NCBI RefSeq assembly: GCF_964204645.1
Contig: NC_134036.1
Location: 1,488,001 to 1,552,000, forward strand
DNA length: 64,000 nt
Direction: 5' to 3'
Source: Tubulanus polymorphus
Taxonomy: Eukaryota; Animalia; Nemertea
Position 1 is the first letter of the stretch; each line of letters starts with the position of its first letter. Both the position numbers and the translations under genes were made by a program. Shown here piece after piece: positions 28,261 to 41,884 of the stretch. The notes beneath the pieces are model-generated. The model saw only the letters and a list, made by a program, of their open reading frames with translations, made no database searches and was not told where the DNA came from.

Positions 28261-30384
28261 TGATGGATGACGCCATTATAACATTTATACAAAACCCATT
28301 CTGTTTCAGTTGGGTTTTTTTCTAACATTGCTCTCGACACGTTTCTAAGCCTAACGAATTATATCGTATCATCAACAACCAGTGACGATGCATTAATAAT
28401 TACAACAACAACAAAAACCAACGCGGAAACATTTTACCGGCGATATTTTTACTTGTCATTGTCACAAAGTGAGTAATCAATTTCATGATCTGAACACCGA
28501 TATTTTTAGTCGTCCTGATTAGGATTGATTTATTAATACATCTCATCGCGAGGGATGATTTCGAATTAGCGGACAATAATTTTGACGTCGATGTTCGGAG
28601 AATTTATCGGATGCGGAATTACGAAGGACAACAACAGTTCGTCTGCACTTCAAGTGCTCGCTATGCTAAAAACACGGCGTGAAATATGGGATTTTTTTTG
28701 GTATTTTGTTAAAAGCGTATATTCTCTTCATGAAAAAGATGAACATTGTCAAATTGAGAAGAAAATATTTGAAATCTCAAAAATGGGCATCCGTACTTGT
28801 AACCTGCGGTGTTCCGATGAACTTTTCAAGAAAAAAACGTTTTTCGTATGAAATAAATTAGATATTTCTAATATAGTTTTTATAGAAAAACAAAACTGCT
28901 GAAGAATCCAAAAAAATTCAGGCACGATTTCGGACAGGCTTAAGGCCAAGTAAAGGTTGAGTAGTTAACTTAAATATAATCTATTTAATTTCCATAAGAC
29001 TCAATCTTAAGGTAGGTCAATCTATAATCCTTAAACGATATACAAAAGCCTGTAGTTATTGAGATTATCAATTCTAAAGTGATAAATAATTCACAAGGAA
29101 TTTGATCCCATTTTGGTAGAATCGATCTGGTTCCCATTTTCTATTTACATGCTTTATCAAATGTAATAAGTAATATTACATTTTCAGATTTTTCACTGAG
29201 ACTTAAAGGCAGTTTCTTTGAGTGTTCAGCATCTTTTTAACTCCATCGACCAGCGACATGAATAAGTTTATTCAAAACAATGAAGTACGAATTTGTGTCC
29301 CATTCAAAACGTCAAGTTCAAACAATAGCAATAAAACCAAAAGCCATAGATTAAGTCGTGAAGTTCCTTTCTAAATCGATGATATCCAAGTTAAGGTTAC
29401 ATAAACTTTATGATAAAACAGTTTCGAGAAAATGAAAAAATAGGCTACCAAAAAAGAAGTTATTTTGCAGAAAAATTTACGACGTGGATGAAACCCAATA
29501 TGATTTTATTATTTCACAACACCATCCAACTTACCAAAAGCCAACAAGGCCAAAGCGACAATGGCGAATTTAACTCCTTGTCTCATGTTCGCTGCGAAAT
29601 TCCTGAATAAATTCTAAGATGACGAAAATATACGACAGTTTTCGAATTATCAAACTTCTCTTCGCTTCAACGGTCGTGATTGTTGAGAGTTGGTTACTGA
29701 GGATACGGAGCGCGTGCGTTTGTGCGTGGGCGACGGAATCTACCGAGTATATATAGGCGGAAATTGCCGAAGTGTTTGTAGTCTGCGTCTCGAGTCGAGT
29801 CTGTTTCGGAATCGATCTAACTTTCTCCTGAAATACGCGCCAACCCGTCACACGTCCACGTAACGCGTCACGGTCGCGTAGTCATCGTTACCGAGCGACA
29901 AGTCACTGACCACACAATCCGCGACTTCATTTGCATACATTGTTGATTCGTTCGGCCAATCGACGGTCTTCTTCGTTTCAAGGCTTGCCGACAATCAAGG
30001 GTCGAATTTTGATTGGAATTTGTGAACTGGTGGCTACGTCGAAATAACCACTTCGTTTGGCCACACTGAATATAAGCTACACAATTAAGGCTTAATAAGA
30101 CTTTTATTTTAGGCTAACGTTCGCTGAGATTGGGAAATAAATTCACTTGTATTAATTAGTGACTTGCTAATGAACTAATTAACCATGTAGATTAAAAGTA
30201 ATTAGTTGGAGAATTGCCACTATCAGAGAGAAATAGCTGAGAGGGGAATGCATTAATCACTGAAGATTGTTTGAGGTGTCAAAATTAAAATGCGACACAA
30301 ATCTGTTGATACATTTTTAGCTTATAGGAACTTTCCCTGAATTCTCGACTGTGCAATATACCATGGCTTAAGGGTGCAGAAAAT

Positions 30385-30710
30385 TGGGAGGATAGAGAAT
30401 GAGAGAGAATGGAGGCTAGAGAAGGGAAGAGAAGGGAGGATAGAGAAGGGAAGAGAAGGGAGGATAGAGAAGGGAAGAGAAGGGAGGATAGAGAAGGAAG
30501 GGGGTGGAGTGGGATAGAGATTGTAGCCTGTGTAGAAAAGATGAGGAGATAGTGTAAGAGGGTGGAAAGAGGGATTGGGAGAGGGAGAGGCAGAGGGAGA
30601 GGGAGAGGCAGAGGGAGATGGAGAGGCGGGAGTGGAAAAGGGTGAGGCAGAGGCGGGAGTGGGAGAGGCAGAGGCAGAGGCAGAGGCAGAGGCAGAGGCA
30701 GAGGCAGATA
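30385..30710. repeat. GA-rich tract ending in (GGCAGA)n
   Basis: Direct reading. Confidence 0.9.
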
Positions 30711-31061
30711 CTATGATGAATATATATTGTAAAGACAGTTGACGTTTACGAACTGTGATAAAAATGTTACTAAATTACATTTACTACTAGATGAGCGACA
30801 GCATAAGGTCGTTTATTCCGTTCTCCGGGCGCTACTACTGCCGGCAACACCACACACACCGAGCTCTGATACTCGCATACTCGAGTCATCTGCCTTAATT
30901 AGCTTTAATAAGCTTTAGTTACTGGGCTGTAATTGCCCTCACACAAACCATTCACTACTCTACTTCCCTTTAATGTCACTATTAGCGAAATTATTATTTG
31001 CTTCATCACAAGTTTGACAGATGCGCCATATCTAAATGAATTACAACAAATAAACTCCACT

Positions 31062-31480
31062 CACAAGTCGGATCTTTTGACTTGAGAGTGATATCTGAGT
31101 TGGATGATAGAGTAGACTCCGCTCAAGTTGGATCTTCTGACTTGAGAGTGATATCTGAGTTGGATGATACAGTAGACTCCGCTCAAGTCGGATCTTTCGA
31201 CTTGAGAGTGATATCTGAGTTGGATGATACAGTAGACTCCGCTCAAGTTGGATCTACTGACTTGAGAGTGATATCTGAGTTGGATGGTACAGTAGACTCC
31301 GCTCAAGTCGGACTTTTTTTACTTACGAGTGATATCTGAGTTGGATGGTACAGTAGACTCAGCTCAAGTCTGATCTTTTGACTTGAGAGTGATATCTGAG
31401 TTGGATGGTACAGTAGACTCCACTCAAGTCGGACTTTTTTACTTACGAGTGATATCTGAGTTGGATGGTACAGTAGACTA
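31062..31480. repeat. 60-bp tandem repeat x7 with internal hairpin
   Basis: ctcaagtcggatcttttgacttgagagtgatatctgagttggatgatacagtagactccg. Confidence 0.92.
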
Positions 31481-32240
31481 CTTTTTATGTGTTTGTGATT
31501 ATTCATTTATTTAGCCTGATGACGGGGCGACGGCCTTTATTGCCCGCACTGTAGGCAGCCGGTAGGACTCGAACCCAGTTATCTCAGCGCGGACTTGTGA
31601 ATGTTACACATCGAGCTTTATACAACTAAAAATCCTACACTGGCAACATTCCATTCCAGTCGGATCTTTCGATTTTAGAACAAAAAATACCAGTTCAATA
31701 TCGACATCGCATCATTAGCGTGAAACTAGTGGCAAAAAATCGAGAAAAGAGGTGGCAGCACTGTATGGAAAACATATTCAATGCAAATACACTATATTGA
31801 AAACGACAGCGGTTGATAATTCGCTATAGTTGCTGGAAAGCCTAAGGATGTTGAATAGTTGATGGATATTTATTGGGTATCACCAATGCCTGGGATGTCG
31901 GGGATGCATGCCTAGTCTGGAAGAGCCTATTGGGGTTGCAAAAAAGTAATTGATAAGTCTTTTTGAGATCTCATTTACTGGAAATATCTGATATGTTTAT
32001 ATCATACTGTCGAATTTGGAACTATAAAACAGGTCAGATAGATATTATCTCACTTACTATAGTTTTGTCACTGTCCGTTGAAAATGGCTAAAGCATTGAA
32101 CCGATTTATACGGTAACACATTGTCCTCGGTGTTTGTAGGGAATAATCAATAATACACCGATTTGAATTGAACCCTCTCTAGCCGAAGACTATCTCTTGC
32201 TAATAGGTTGAAATAAATGTTTTAATTGTTTTATTTTCAG

Positions 32241-32421
32241 ATGGTCCCCTTCAGCATTGAACTCATCAGTACCTAATTGCAGCCAGCACGCGCTGACTAA
32301 ACTAAAACATCGACAGTAGCTTCAACAGACCTTCTAACGATGAATGGAGCCCATCATCAAGATGTGCGTTACTGCTGTATGGACCTCCCAAATAACTTAT
32401 TGCAGCTGCAAACACGAATTG
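32241..32421 (+). other. 181-nt exon-like island in left arm of inverted duplication (lncRNA or 5' UTR/start exon)
   Basis: ttattttcag| ... G|GTAAGT; only 3 differences seen from the copy at 48345-48525; no frame is open end to end. Confidence 0.5.
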
Positions 32422-33149
32422 GTAAGTAGATGTTTTAGTAAGTTTTGTATGTGAAACTTAAGTTAGGTCGGGTTTTACCTAATCTGATTCATGAAACAGA
32501 AAACCAAGTCTTCATTAGCATTTGTACTTGAAATATAAATAGCCTCTGGTTGAGTGAATTTGATGGTGAGGTTAAATGGTTGTGATCACCTTTTTTTCAG
32601 GTGAGCACTTTTTCCCCAGGACCTCGGCTGTTTCCTATTTGTTGAACCAACATTTGGTAGATTCCTGATCTTCCTCGTCTCATCAGGACCTGATATCCAA
32701 TGGGTGCTGACTAAACCAACCTGGCCCGATCGATGGTTACTGTGAGCGGACTGCTGTAGTTTGGATGTGACTTTTCTCGACAAGGAAAATATAAACCAAG
32801 AAGATGCACAAACAAACACATCAATTTGTAAGTTGAGATTTTATATTTTTGATGGTCAGGAAGGATAGGTCTCGTTAGGCAAGGTGAGAGGTGAGGCGTG
32901 TGGTGTGGATAAGGTTAGGTTCGGTAAAAACTCAATGGTTTAAATATTCTCAATTCTAATTCAGAAACTTAGATTCGAACGCAAACTTTTTCTTTTCGGT
33001 TCAGATCAGAAACGACCGCCAGACGTTTTTTTTTACAATTGAGCTTTGAGCTATTGAGACCCTGACATAAAGAGCAACTCCAAAGTGTCTAGTGCTGGAA
33101 TTATTTTTGTGGGTTAAAATTAAAAAATGAGTCATAGATAAGTCATTTT

Positions 33150-34732
33150 CTAATCATTGTTTAGGCTTTGAATCTATGAATTTAGTTATTATCTTCAATT
33201 AGACTCATTGTTTAAGCTTTGGATCTATGAAATTAGTGATTGTCTTCAATTAAACTCATTGTTTAGGCTTTGGATCTATGAAATTAGTTATTATCTTCAA
33301 TTAAACTCATTGTTTAGGCTTTGGATCTATGAATTTAGTTATTATCTTCAATTAAACCCATTGTTGAGGTTTGGAACCTTTGAAATAAGTTATTGTCTTT
33401 AATCAAACTCATTGTTTAGGCTTTGAATCTATGAATTTAGTTATTATCTTCAATTAAACTCATTGTTTAGGCTTTGAATCTATGAATTTAGTTATTATCT
33501 TCAATTAAACTCATTGTTGAGGTTTGGAACCTTTGAAATTAGTTATTGTCTTTAATCAAACTCATTGTTTAGGCTTTGGATCTATGAAATTAGTTATTGT
33601 CTACAATTAAACTCATTGTTTAGGCTTTGGATCTATGAAATTAGTGATTGTCTTCAATTAAACCCATTGTTGAGGTTTGGAACCTTTGAAATTAGTTATT
33701 GTCTTTAATCAAACTCATTGTTTAGGCTTTGGATCTATGAAATTAGTTATTGTCTACAATTAAACACATTGTTTAGGTTTGGAACCTTTAAAATTAGTTA
33801 TTGTCTTTAATCAAACTCATTGTTTAGGCTTTAGCTCTTTGAAATTAGTTATTGTCTGCAATCAGACTCATTGTTTGGGCTTTGAATCTTTGAAATTAGT
33901 TATTGTCTTCAATCAGACTCATTGTTTAGGCTTTGAATCTTTGAAATTAATTATTGTCTTCAATTAGACTCATTGTTTAGGCTTTGAATCTTTGAAATTA
34001 GTTATTGTCTTCAATCAGACTCATTGTTTAGGCTTTGAATCTTTGAAATTAGTTATTGTCTTCAATCAGACTCATTGTTTAGGCTTTGAATCTTTGAAAT
34101 TTTTTATTATCTTCAATTAAACTCATTGTTTGGGCTTTGGCTCTTTGAAATAAGTTATTGTCTTCAATCAGACTCATTGTTAAGGCTTTGAATATTTGAA
34201 ATTAATTATTGTCTTCAATTAGACTAGGCTTTGAATCTTTGAAATTAGTTATTGTCTTCAATCAGACTCATTGTTTAGGGTTTGAATCTTTGAAATTAAT
34301 TATTGTCTTCAATGAGACTCATTTTTTAGGCTTTGAATCTTTGATATTAGCTATTGTCTTCAATCAGACTCATTGTTTAGGCTTTGAATCTTTGAAATTA
34401 GTTATTTTCTTCAATTAAACTCATTGTTTAGGCTTTGAATCTTTGAAATTAGTTATTTTCTTCAATTAAACCCATTGTTTAGGCTTTTAATCTTTGAAAT
34501 TTGTTATTATCTTCAATTAAACTCATTGTTTGGGCTTTGGCTCTTTGAAATTAGTTATTGTCTTCAATCAGACACATTGTTTAGGCTTTGGCTCTTTGAA
34601 ATTAGTTATTGTCTTCAATCAGACACATTGTTTAGGCTTTGAATCTTTGAAATTAGTTATTGTCTTCAATCAGACTCATTGTTTAGGCTTTGAATCTTTG
34701 AAATTAGTTATTGTCTTCAATTAAACTCATTG
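33150..34732. repeat. 51-bp satellite, ~31 copies
   Basis: Unit ctcattgtttaggctttgaatctttgaaattagttattgtcttcaatcaga; 17-aa periodicity in the ORF track. Confidence 0.95.
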
Positions 34733-35167
34733 AACGTCAGTTTTTTGCGGGTTCAGTTTAGAAACGACTGTGACAGGAAATATCGTTATTTCCAATTGAT
34801 GTCTTAATTGTGTCTTAACGTATTAAAGATTGCTAGGAAAAATATCATTATCATTTAATCAATGAAGAAATTAAATGCCTGGTTGCGTGTTTGTCAAACT
34901 CTACATTACACCATAAAAACCACTTCTCCGCTGGAATAATCGGGACTCGAACCCAATGGCGTTTATATCAACTCGTCGATCCAAATTGGTGTATGTGTTA
35001 ACAGTAAAAGTGTATTTTTTGGTGAATTTATTTCCTAATCACGGTTTGTCTTTCTAAATATTTTTTCAGTTTCCTAACGTCTCCTTGATACCATGAAAAC
35101 TCCTTCCAAAATGGAAAATGCTTTCGAAGGTGATTGAAACTCCTTTGATTTGAGCAAAAACGTTTTA

Positions 35168-35985
35168 ACTATATCCTAATGACATCTTACAGGAATATTG
35201 TATTCCTTGAGCTACTGTAGTTTATTCAACGTTTCGACTATATCCTAATAGTCATCTTCAGGAATACTGTATTCCTTGAGCTAGTGTAGTTTATTCAACG
35301 ATTAGACTATATCCTAATAGTTATCTTCAGGAATACTGTATTCCTTGAGCTAGTGTAGTTTATTCAACGATTAGACTATATCCTAATAGTTATCTTCAGG
35401 AATACTTCCTTGAGCTAGTGTAGTTTATTCAACGTTTCGACTATATCCTAATAGTCATCTTCAGGAATACTGTATTCCTTTAGCTAGTGTAGTTTATTCA
35501 ACGATTAGACTATATCCTAATAGTTATCTTCAGGAATACTGTATTCCTTGAGCTAGTGTAGTTTATTCAACGATTAGACTATATCCTAATAGTTATCTTC
35601 AGGAATACTGTATTCCTTGAGCTAGTGTAGTTTATTCAACGATTAGACTATATCCTAATAGTTATCTTCAGGAATACTTCCTTGAGCTAGTGTAGTTTAT
35701 TCAACGATTAGACTATATCCTAATAGTTATCTTCAGGAATACTTCCTTGAGCTAGTGTAGTTTATTCAACGATTAGACTTTATCCTAATAGTTATCTTCA
35801 GGAATACTTCCTTGAGCTTGTGTAGTTTATTCAACGATTAGCCTTTATCCTAATAGATTTCTTCAGGAATACTTCGTTGAGCTAGTGTAGTTTATTCAAC
35901 GATTAGACCATATCCTAATAGTTATCTTCAGGAATACTTCCTTGAGCTAGTGTAGTTTATTCAACGATTAGACCATCCTAATCGT
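35168..35985. repeat. 69-bp (64-bp deletion variant) tandem repeat x~12
   Basis: ctatatcctaatagttatcttcaggaatac(tgtat)tccttgagctagtgtagtttattcaacgattaga. Confidence 0.95.
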
Positions 35986-36379
35986 CATCTCCAAGAATAG
36001 TGATGTCTTCATTATAACCACTGATGAAACGCTCTGAGTCCATGTTGTAAAGATAATGTAAATCCCTGTACATCAAAAGAAATGGAAAAAACAAAAAGAG
36101 TCTGAAATGTTTCCTTGAATTATAAGATAGTAATCTTCAGGAATACTCTATTCATTGGGCTAGTGTAGTGTTTAGTATCATAATAGTCAATTGAGGAGGC
36201 GGTGCTCGGGCCCACTGACAGTGTTTAATTTTACTGACTCGTTGTGAAGTTACTGAAAATGAGAATTTTAAGTCGACTTTCATTGCTGTTCATTGCCTTT
36301 CACAACCGTGACGTCACGGTCTTTTGTCCGAATGTGAATTGTCGGCGAATTTGTGCGAATGTTTACCGGCTACAATCGG

Positions 36380-36450
36380 GCGGACCGGATGGCTTAGTCG
36401 GTCGGCGACTAGCGTGTCACCGCTGTGGCCCAGGTTCGAGTCTCGGAGGA
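36380..36450 (+). mobile_element. tRNA-derived SINE head
   Basis: A box TGGCTTAGTCGG and B box GGTTCGAGTCT; no acceptor stem. Confidence 0.55.
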
Positions 36451-38202
36451 GGCGGGTCAGGATGTGGCAAATGATCTCCGGTAAGCGGGCGAGTCGAGAG
36501 TACTGTCCTCCCTGGAATGAGGTTGCTAATGCGTGAGTCCTACAGAATATCTGGCGTGGGGTAAATTATGTTTAATTCAGTCGTTTCTGGCTGAATTATT
36601 TATTTATCCCACAATGCCGGTCCAGGTTGCGGAGTAATTCCCCCAGGGACCTTCGACTTTTTTACAATATTAGTTTGTTATTTTAAGTTGAGTGGTGAGG
36701 GTTTGGGAAATTTTTATATATTTATTTAATTCCTCGAACTGAAGAAATCCAAGCGAGAATTCGGTGGTATCTGCATGCAACGCGGACGGTGATCAATCAC
36801 AGGTCTTTCTCAACTGATGACAAAATTTCGATGATTTTTTAACGTCAGCAAATTCCAATCAGAGTAGATGTGCACGCGGCAATGTTTGGTGAACGTGTGT
36901 ATAAATTCGGCTTCAAAACGACTCAATAGAGAATAACTCACTGGAGACCTGGCATACGCTCTACTACACAATAGTGCCGCATGACTGCACAAACCCTTAA
37001 GCAAACTTCAATATCCTAAAGCAAAACTCGAAAATAGTAAAATTGAGCCGGTATTATAGTTCAAAACCAGACGTAAATAGAAGGGAAATCTACACTAAAG
37101 TTTGTTGGATAGTTTAGATAAAATGTCAGCATACAATTTTAGGCTAAAATCGTAGCATTCGATATTTCTATCTTTAACAATATGTGTCTCTATGAATAGT
37201 CGAATTAAACTCGATGACCTGTAAGCCCCATTGAAAACGTTTGGCACGAATTGAATGGTTCTCGAGGATTAGCGTCACGGACTCGGGTCTGTCACAGGAA
37301 TGCGCGATCGAGCTTTCTGATTGATCCATTCCGGTCGCATCGATGATGCACCGTCGCTGATTGGTCGACGTAGGTATTAGAAGCGCGGTTCGAGCCTCTC
37401 GACGCCAGTCCGAGAACCGATGTCCAGTGATGAAGGTCAACCTATAAGAGCTCTGCAACAAGGCGTGAAGAACGTGTGGCTTCAAGCAAACAACCTACTA
37501 ATTAGCGGCTGATGATGTTAGGAGAGACTGGAACGTGAAGGAATTTGTGACGCCTAGCGATTGAGAACACAATTTGGTGGCTGTTGGAGCTGATGATTGC
37601 AGAGGAGATCCCGATCTGCTGCTGCTGCTGTTGACGGTTCAACTACAAACAGATGACGGCTCACTTGCTGATGAGGACGAGTTGCTGTTGTTGCCGATTT
37701 CCGATGTTCTATTTAAAGTTACACACATTTTGATCAGGTTAGATATTTCATATAGAATTCAAATCTCGGAATCGAATCTTTCGAAAATTATCGCGTTTTG
37801 ATTGTTGAACCCAATTCGGCTTAATTTGAATCGTAATTGTATTTTGCAATTCAACGCTTTTGATTTTTTGATCTCAAATTCTAGTTCAGTTTTGGTTTTT
37901 GTCATAGATTTATTTCTGGAATTCCTCTGGGTTATTTTAGTCGCATTTTTATACGTTATGAATATTATGTCTTTTTAGGGTTAAACCGAAACCAGTTCGC
38001 TACTACTGACAACTACATGTACACGACTCGTTTGTCGCAACGTCCTGAACTAGTTTGCTGCTGCTGCATCAGGAACCGCATCAACCCACATCTTGCTGTT
38101 TCGGTATCTTTACATTAAGAGAAGGTAATTATATTAAACTACACCCATCCGGAATCGTTTTTCAGTTCATCCGATTTCTTTTTCAGCCGGCAAAATTTGA
38201 GT

Positions 38203-38804
38203 TACAAACCTCGAGACGCACACTCTACTCCTACTACAGCACCATCTTCAAACTCCGAGACGCAGACTCTACTCCGACTACAGCACCATCTTCAAACCCC
38301 GAGATGCAGACTCTACTCCGACTACAGAACCGTCTTCAAACCCCGAGACGCAGACTCTACTCCGACTACAGAACCGTCTTCAAACCTCGAGACGCGGACT
38401 CTACTCCGACTCCAGCACCATCTTCAAACCTCGAGACGCGGACTCTACTCCGACTACAGCACCATCTTCAAACCTCGAGACGCAGACTACTCCGACTACA
38501 GCACCATCTTCAAACCTCGAGACGCGGACTCTACTCCGACTACAGCACCATCTTCAAACCTCGAGACGCGGACTCTACTCCGACTACAGCACCATCTTCA
38601 AACCTCGAGACGCGGACTCTACTCCGACTACAGCACCATCTTCAAACCTCGAGACGCGGACTCTACTCCGACTACAGCACCATCTTCAAACCTCGAGACG
38701 CGGACTCTACTCCGACTACAGCACCATCTTCAAACCTCGAGACGCAGACTCTACTCCGACTACAGCACCATCTTCAAACCTCGAGACGCAGACTCTACTC
38801 CGAC
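38203..38804. repeat. 44-bp tandem repeat x~13.5
   Basis: ttcaaacctcgagacgcggactctactccgactacagcaccatc. Confidence 0.95.
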
Positions 38805-39139
38805 ATTTTTCGTTTTGCCGCATGTTATAAAGTAACGTAAATAAATAAACGTCCATCTATATATAAAATGCTCGTCTTCAATAAAATCTCTGTCTCTGGC
38901 ACTTTGCCCCGGAAAGGACTCTTCCCCTCACAACTCCATACTCGGAAAAGGACTCATTGAAAGGACAGGACTCTTCCACTTCCGCTTACAACTTCTCACG
39001 TTTAAGGAAAGGACAAAGTCGGAAAGGAAAGGACAAACGCAAAGTACAAATCAAAGCATTTATTCCAAATTCAAAGTAGGAATTTCTTACAGCTTGTTTG
39101 CAAAAGTAAAATTCAACATAAAAATTCAACAACCAATAA

Positions 39140-39204
39140 ATGGGATTTGAACCACCAACCATTCGGCTAGCAGTCCAGCACCCTACCAACTACGCTATAG
39201 GGGA
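39140..39204 (-). mobile_element. tRNA-derived SINE head / tRNA pseudogene
   Basis: TAGCGTAGTTGGTAG...GGTTCAAATCC; acceptor and anticodon stems broken. Confidence 0.5.
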
Positions 39205-40029
39205 CGTACTGACAGCACACAGAGGAACTCCTATTTATCCATTGCTTAAGCAAAATTTATCAAAAAAATAATGCCATCTACCGGGTGAGACAGGAACTAG
39301 AGTTCCTATCTCAACCCGGTAGATGGTAGAATGAGAGACAAAGTAAGGAGAGAGGAGAGAGAAGGATAGGTAGAGGGTAGAATGAGACAGAGTAAGGAGA
39401 GAGGAGAATGAGAGTGTAAGGAGAATGAGGAGAATGAGAGAGGATAGAAAGAGATGATGACATATCACCTGAACTTCTATGTTCCTCGCTGTTTTCTATC
39501 TAGGTGATGCGGTGATGCGGTAGATGGTATGACAAGAGTGAGTGAGAGATGAGAATGAGAGAGTAAGGAGAGAGATGAGAATGAACAAAGTGAGATGAGA
39601 GATAAGGACGAAAGAGGATAGAAAGAGATAGAGAGAGGATAGGATGGCATATCACCTGAACTTCTATGTTCCTCTTGTTTTCTATTTAGGATGCTGTCAG
39701 CAGTTTTACAGTTTCTAGTTCAAACAGATATTTATCCCATCAGTAGCAATGTTATTATTTCGTCCTCGTGGACTTAAGAGTTCACTGTAACTGAAGTCAA
39801 GTTCTCCCAATATTTGTTCGTTTGTTTGTTTATCCTCTCGGTGAGTTCGAACACTGCCACACGTATTTATCCAGTTCATCTGATCAACAAACACAAACGT
39901 CAATGGTTCCACCGCATCGATGACAAATGTCCTAAAATTATACATGAAACTTCATAGATTTAACGCCCTCAATCAAACATACAGAGTTAAGGTTAAGTCT
40001 AGTTACCGTTGTATCAGAGAAATGGCAAT

Positions 40030-40700
40030 CTAAGGTACCCCCAAAATGAGGGACAGGGGTCAAATATTTTTGTCTCCGATTTCGATGAAATTTAGTATAG
40101 ACCTGTATTCTGGGGTGCCAATCAGAAATCTGAAATAATTTTTCGGATCCGAGGCCCAGAAAATGAGAAATTCGAACTTTTTGGGGCACCCCCTAAATTT
40201 TCAAAAGGCCTTGGACCCCAGGATTTTTGAGATATTCAAAATCTGATTGCAGATTTGGAATCAGCACCCCTGAAAATAGTAAGGACTAAAATCTTAAGCA
40301 AATCGAAGAGATTCGATTTTTTGGCCAAAAACGGCAAAAATCTAAGGTGTCCAGGAGTTTTTTTTCGGCGAAAAATTTTTTTTCTCTGATTCCTTTGAAA
40401 CTTAGTAGGAACATGTATTCTGAGGTGTAGATTCCGGATCTGCAATTAGATTTTGAATCCGAATTCATCTTCATAGGTAAATAAGGGTTCTAAAGCCCAA
40501 AATATGCACCCCAAAAATGGGGTACAAAGTCAAAATTTTTTTTTGGCCCAATTATAATAAAATTTAGTACACACATGTTTTTTATGGTGCTGAACACGAA
40601 TATGAAGTTAGTTTTTGGATCGAAAGCCCCGAAAATGAGATTTCAGGATTTTGTGTTTTGACCCCTAATTTTTGTCACTAATTTTGAAGAAATTTGGTCC
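40030..40700. mobile_element. Probable non-autonomous DNA transposon fragment with degenerate internal repeats
   Basis: Three related modules gaaa(t/c)ttagta...gtattctg(g/a)ggtg... at ~40087, 40397 and 40560. Confidence 0.4.
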
Positions 40701-41884
40701 AGAAATACGTTTTTTATTTAACCGGAAGATGGCATAGAACAAACATGGAGAAGGAGAGTGAGAAACGCTAATGTGTCAAATCTGGTACCTGGCTACAGGT
40801 AATATAATACTGTATTATCAAATAAGGTATGATCAAGGTCCAATGTTTACACATTCAATACAATAAGGAGAAGGATATATTCACCTGTCACTGTTTGGCT
40901 GAATCCGAATTAGGTGCCGGAAATCTTCCAATGTTTTTGTTGTAAATCCATTAATGCTTTCAGGTTTTAGTTTATAGTTCCAACACATTTTACATAATCT
41001 GTTGACAGCATCGCGCAACTATTTAAGTCCATATTATTGGACGGTATGGTGAATCCTCGAGAGAGTTTTTAACGTTATGATGCATTCCTTTGGTCACCGA
41101 GTGTTCCGTGAATGTCATGTCATGATAGGTCGTTTAGCGTGAGACTGCTGGTAAATTCTAGAATTCGCCGGTTGAAGTTCCGTGTAGAGACGAAATCAAT
41201 GAAATGATATTCACGATGTCACCAATGATTCTGAAATTAAAAATCAGTAAAGAATGAAGCAGTGCCAGTGGCAATAAAACCTCGTAGTAGGCAGGGCACA
41301 GTTGAACTATTGTAACTCAAGTCAAAAAAAGAAGTTTTAGAATCTTTAATACAGGTTTTTCCTGAATAGATTTAATGTATTTTCCTTTTCAACATTTTGG
41401 CTTAAATCAAAACAGTTTCAAGCACTTTCAAAAGTTTTTAAGGTATCAAGGAGTCGTAAGGAAACTGATAAATATCTAGAATATTCCCTGATTAAAGAAA
41501 TAGATTCACCAAAACACACTGTTACTTTATGGGTACATTGACAATTGTGCTATAAACCGGTGAGCGACAATGTAAGATCAACGAACCGAATCTAAAACGA
41601 ACTTGGGTAGAACTCTTTCGATATCAATACATACAACAGTTTAGATCAACGAGTTGATATAGATGCCATTGGGTTCGAGCCCCAATTATTCCAGTGGTTC
41701 AGAGGTTTCATGGTGTAATGTAAAATTGGTCAAACTTACAACGAAGCATTTACTTTCTCCATTGATTAAACGATTATGATTTAATATCATTAAGACACCC
41801 GATTAAGAATACAGATATTTTCCTTAGTTAACATAATTGATTTCACATAGTCGTTTCTAAACTGAACCTGCAAAAACTGACGTT

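Larger units (their letters stand above)
31500..35150 (+). repeat. Left arm of large inverted duplication
   Basis: 31970-32850 matches the reverse complement of 47940-48830. 34730-35150 matches the reverse complement of 41390-41890. There is weaker similarity between 31500-31790 and 49270-49580. Confidence 0.85.

Noticed and set aside
31062-31480. CRISPR-like array with palindromic repeat
   Set aside because: The inter-hairpin sequences are identical rather than unique spacers, there are no cas genes, and the context is eukaryotic
38055-38840. 261 and 212 aa mucin-like ORFs
   Set aside because: The 44-bp repeat (not a multiple of 3) cycles through all frames, which is a satellite artefact
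39140-39204. Functional tRNA genes here and at 8470 and 36380
   Set aside because: A and B boxes are present but the cloverleaf stems do not pair and there is no proper terminator; treated as SINE heads or relics
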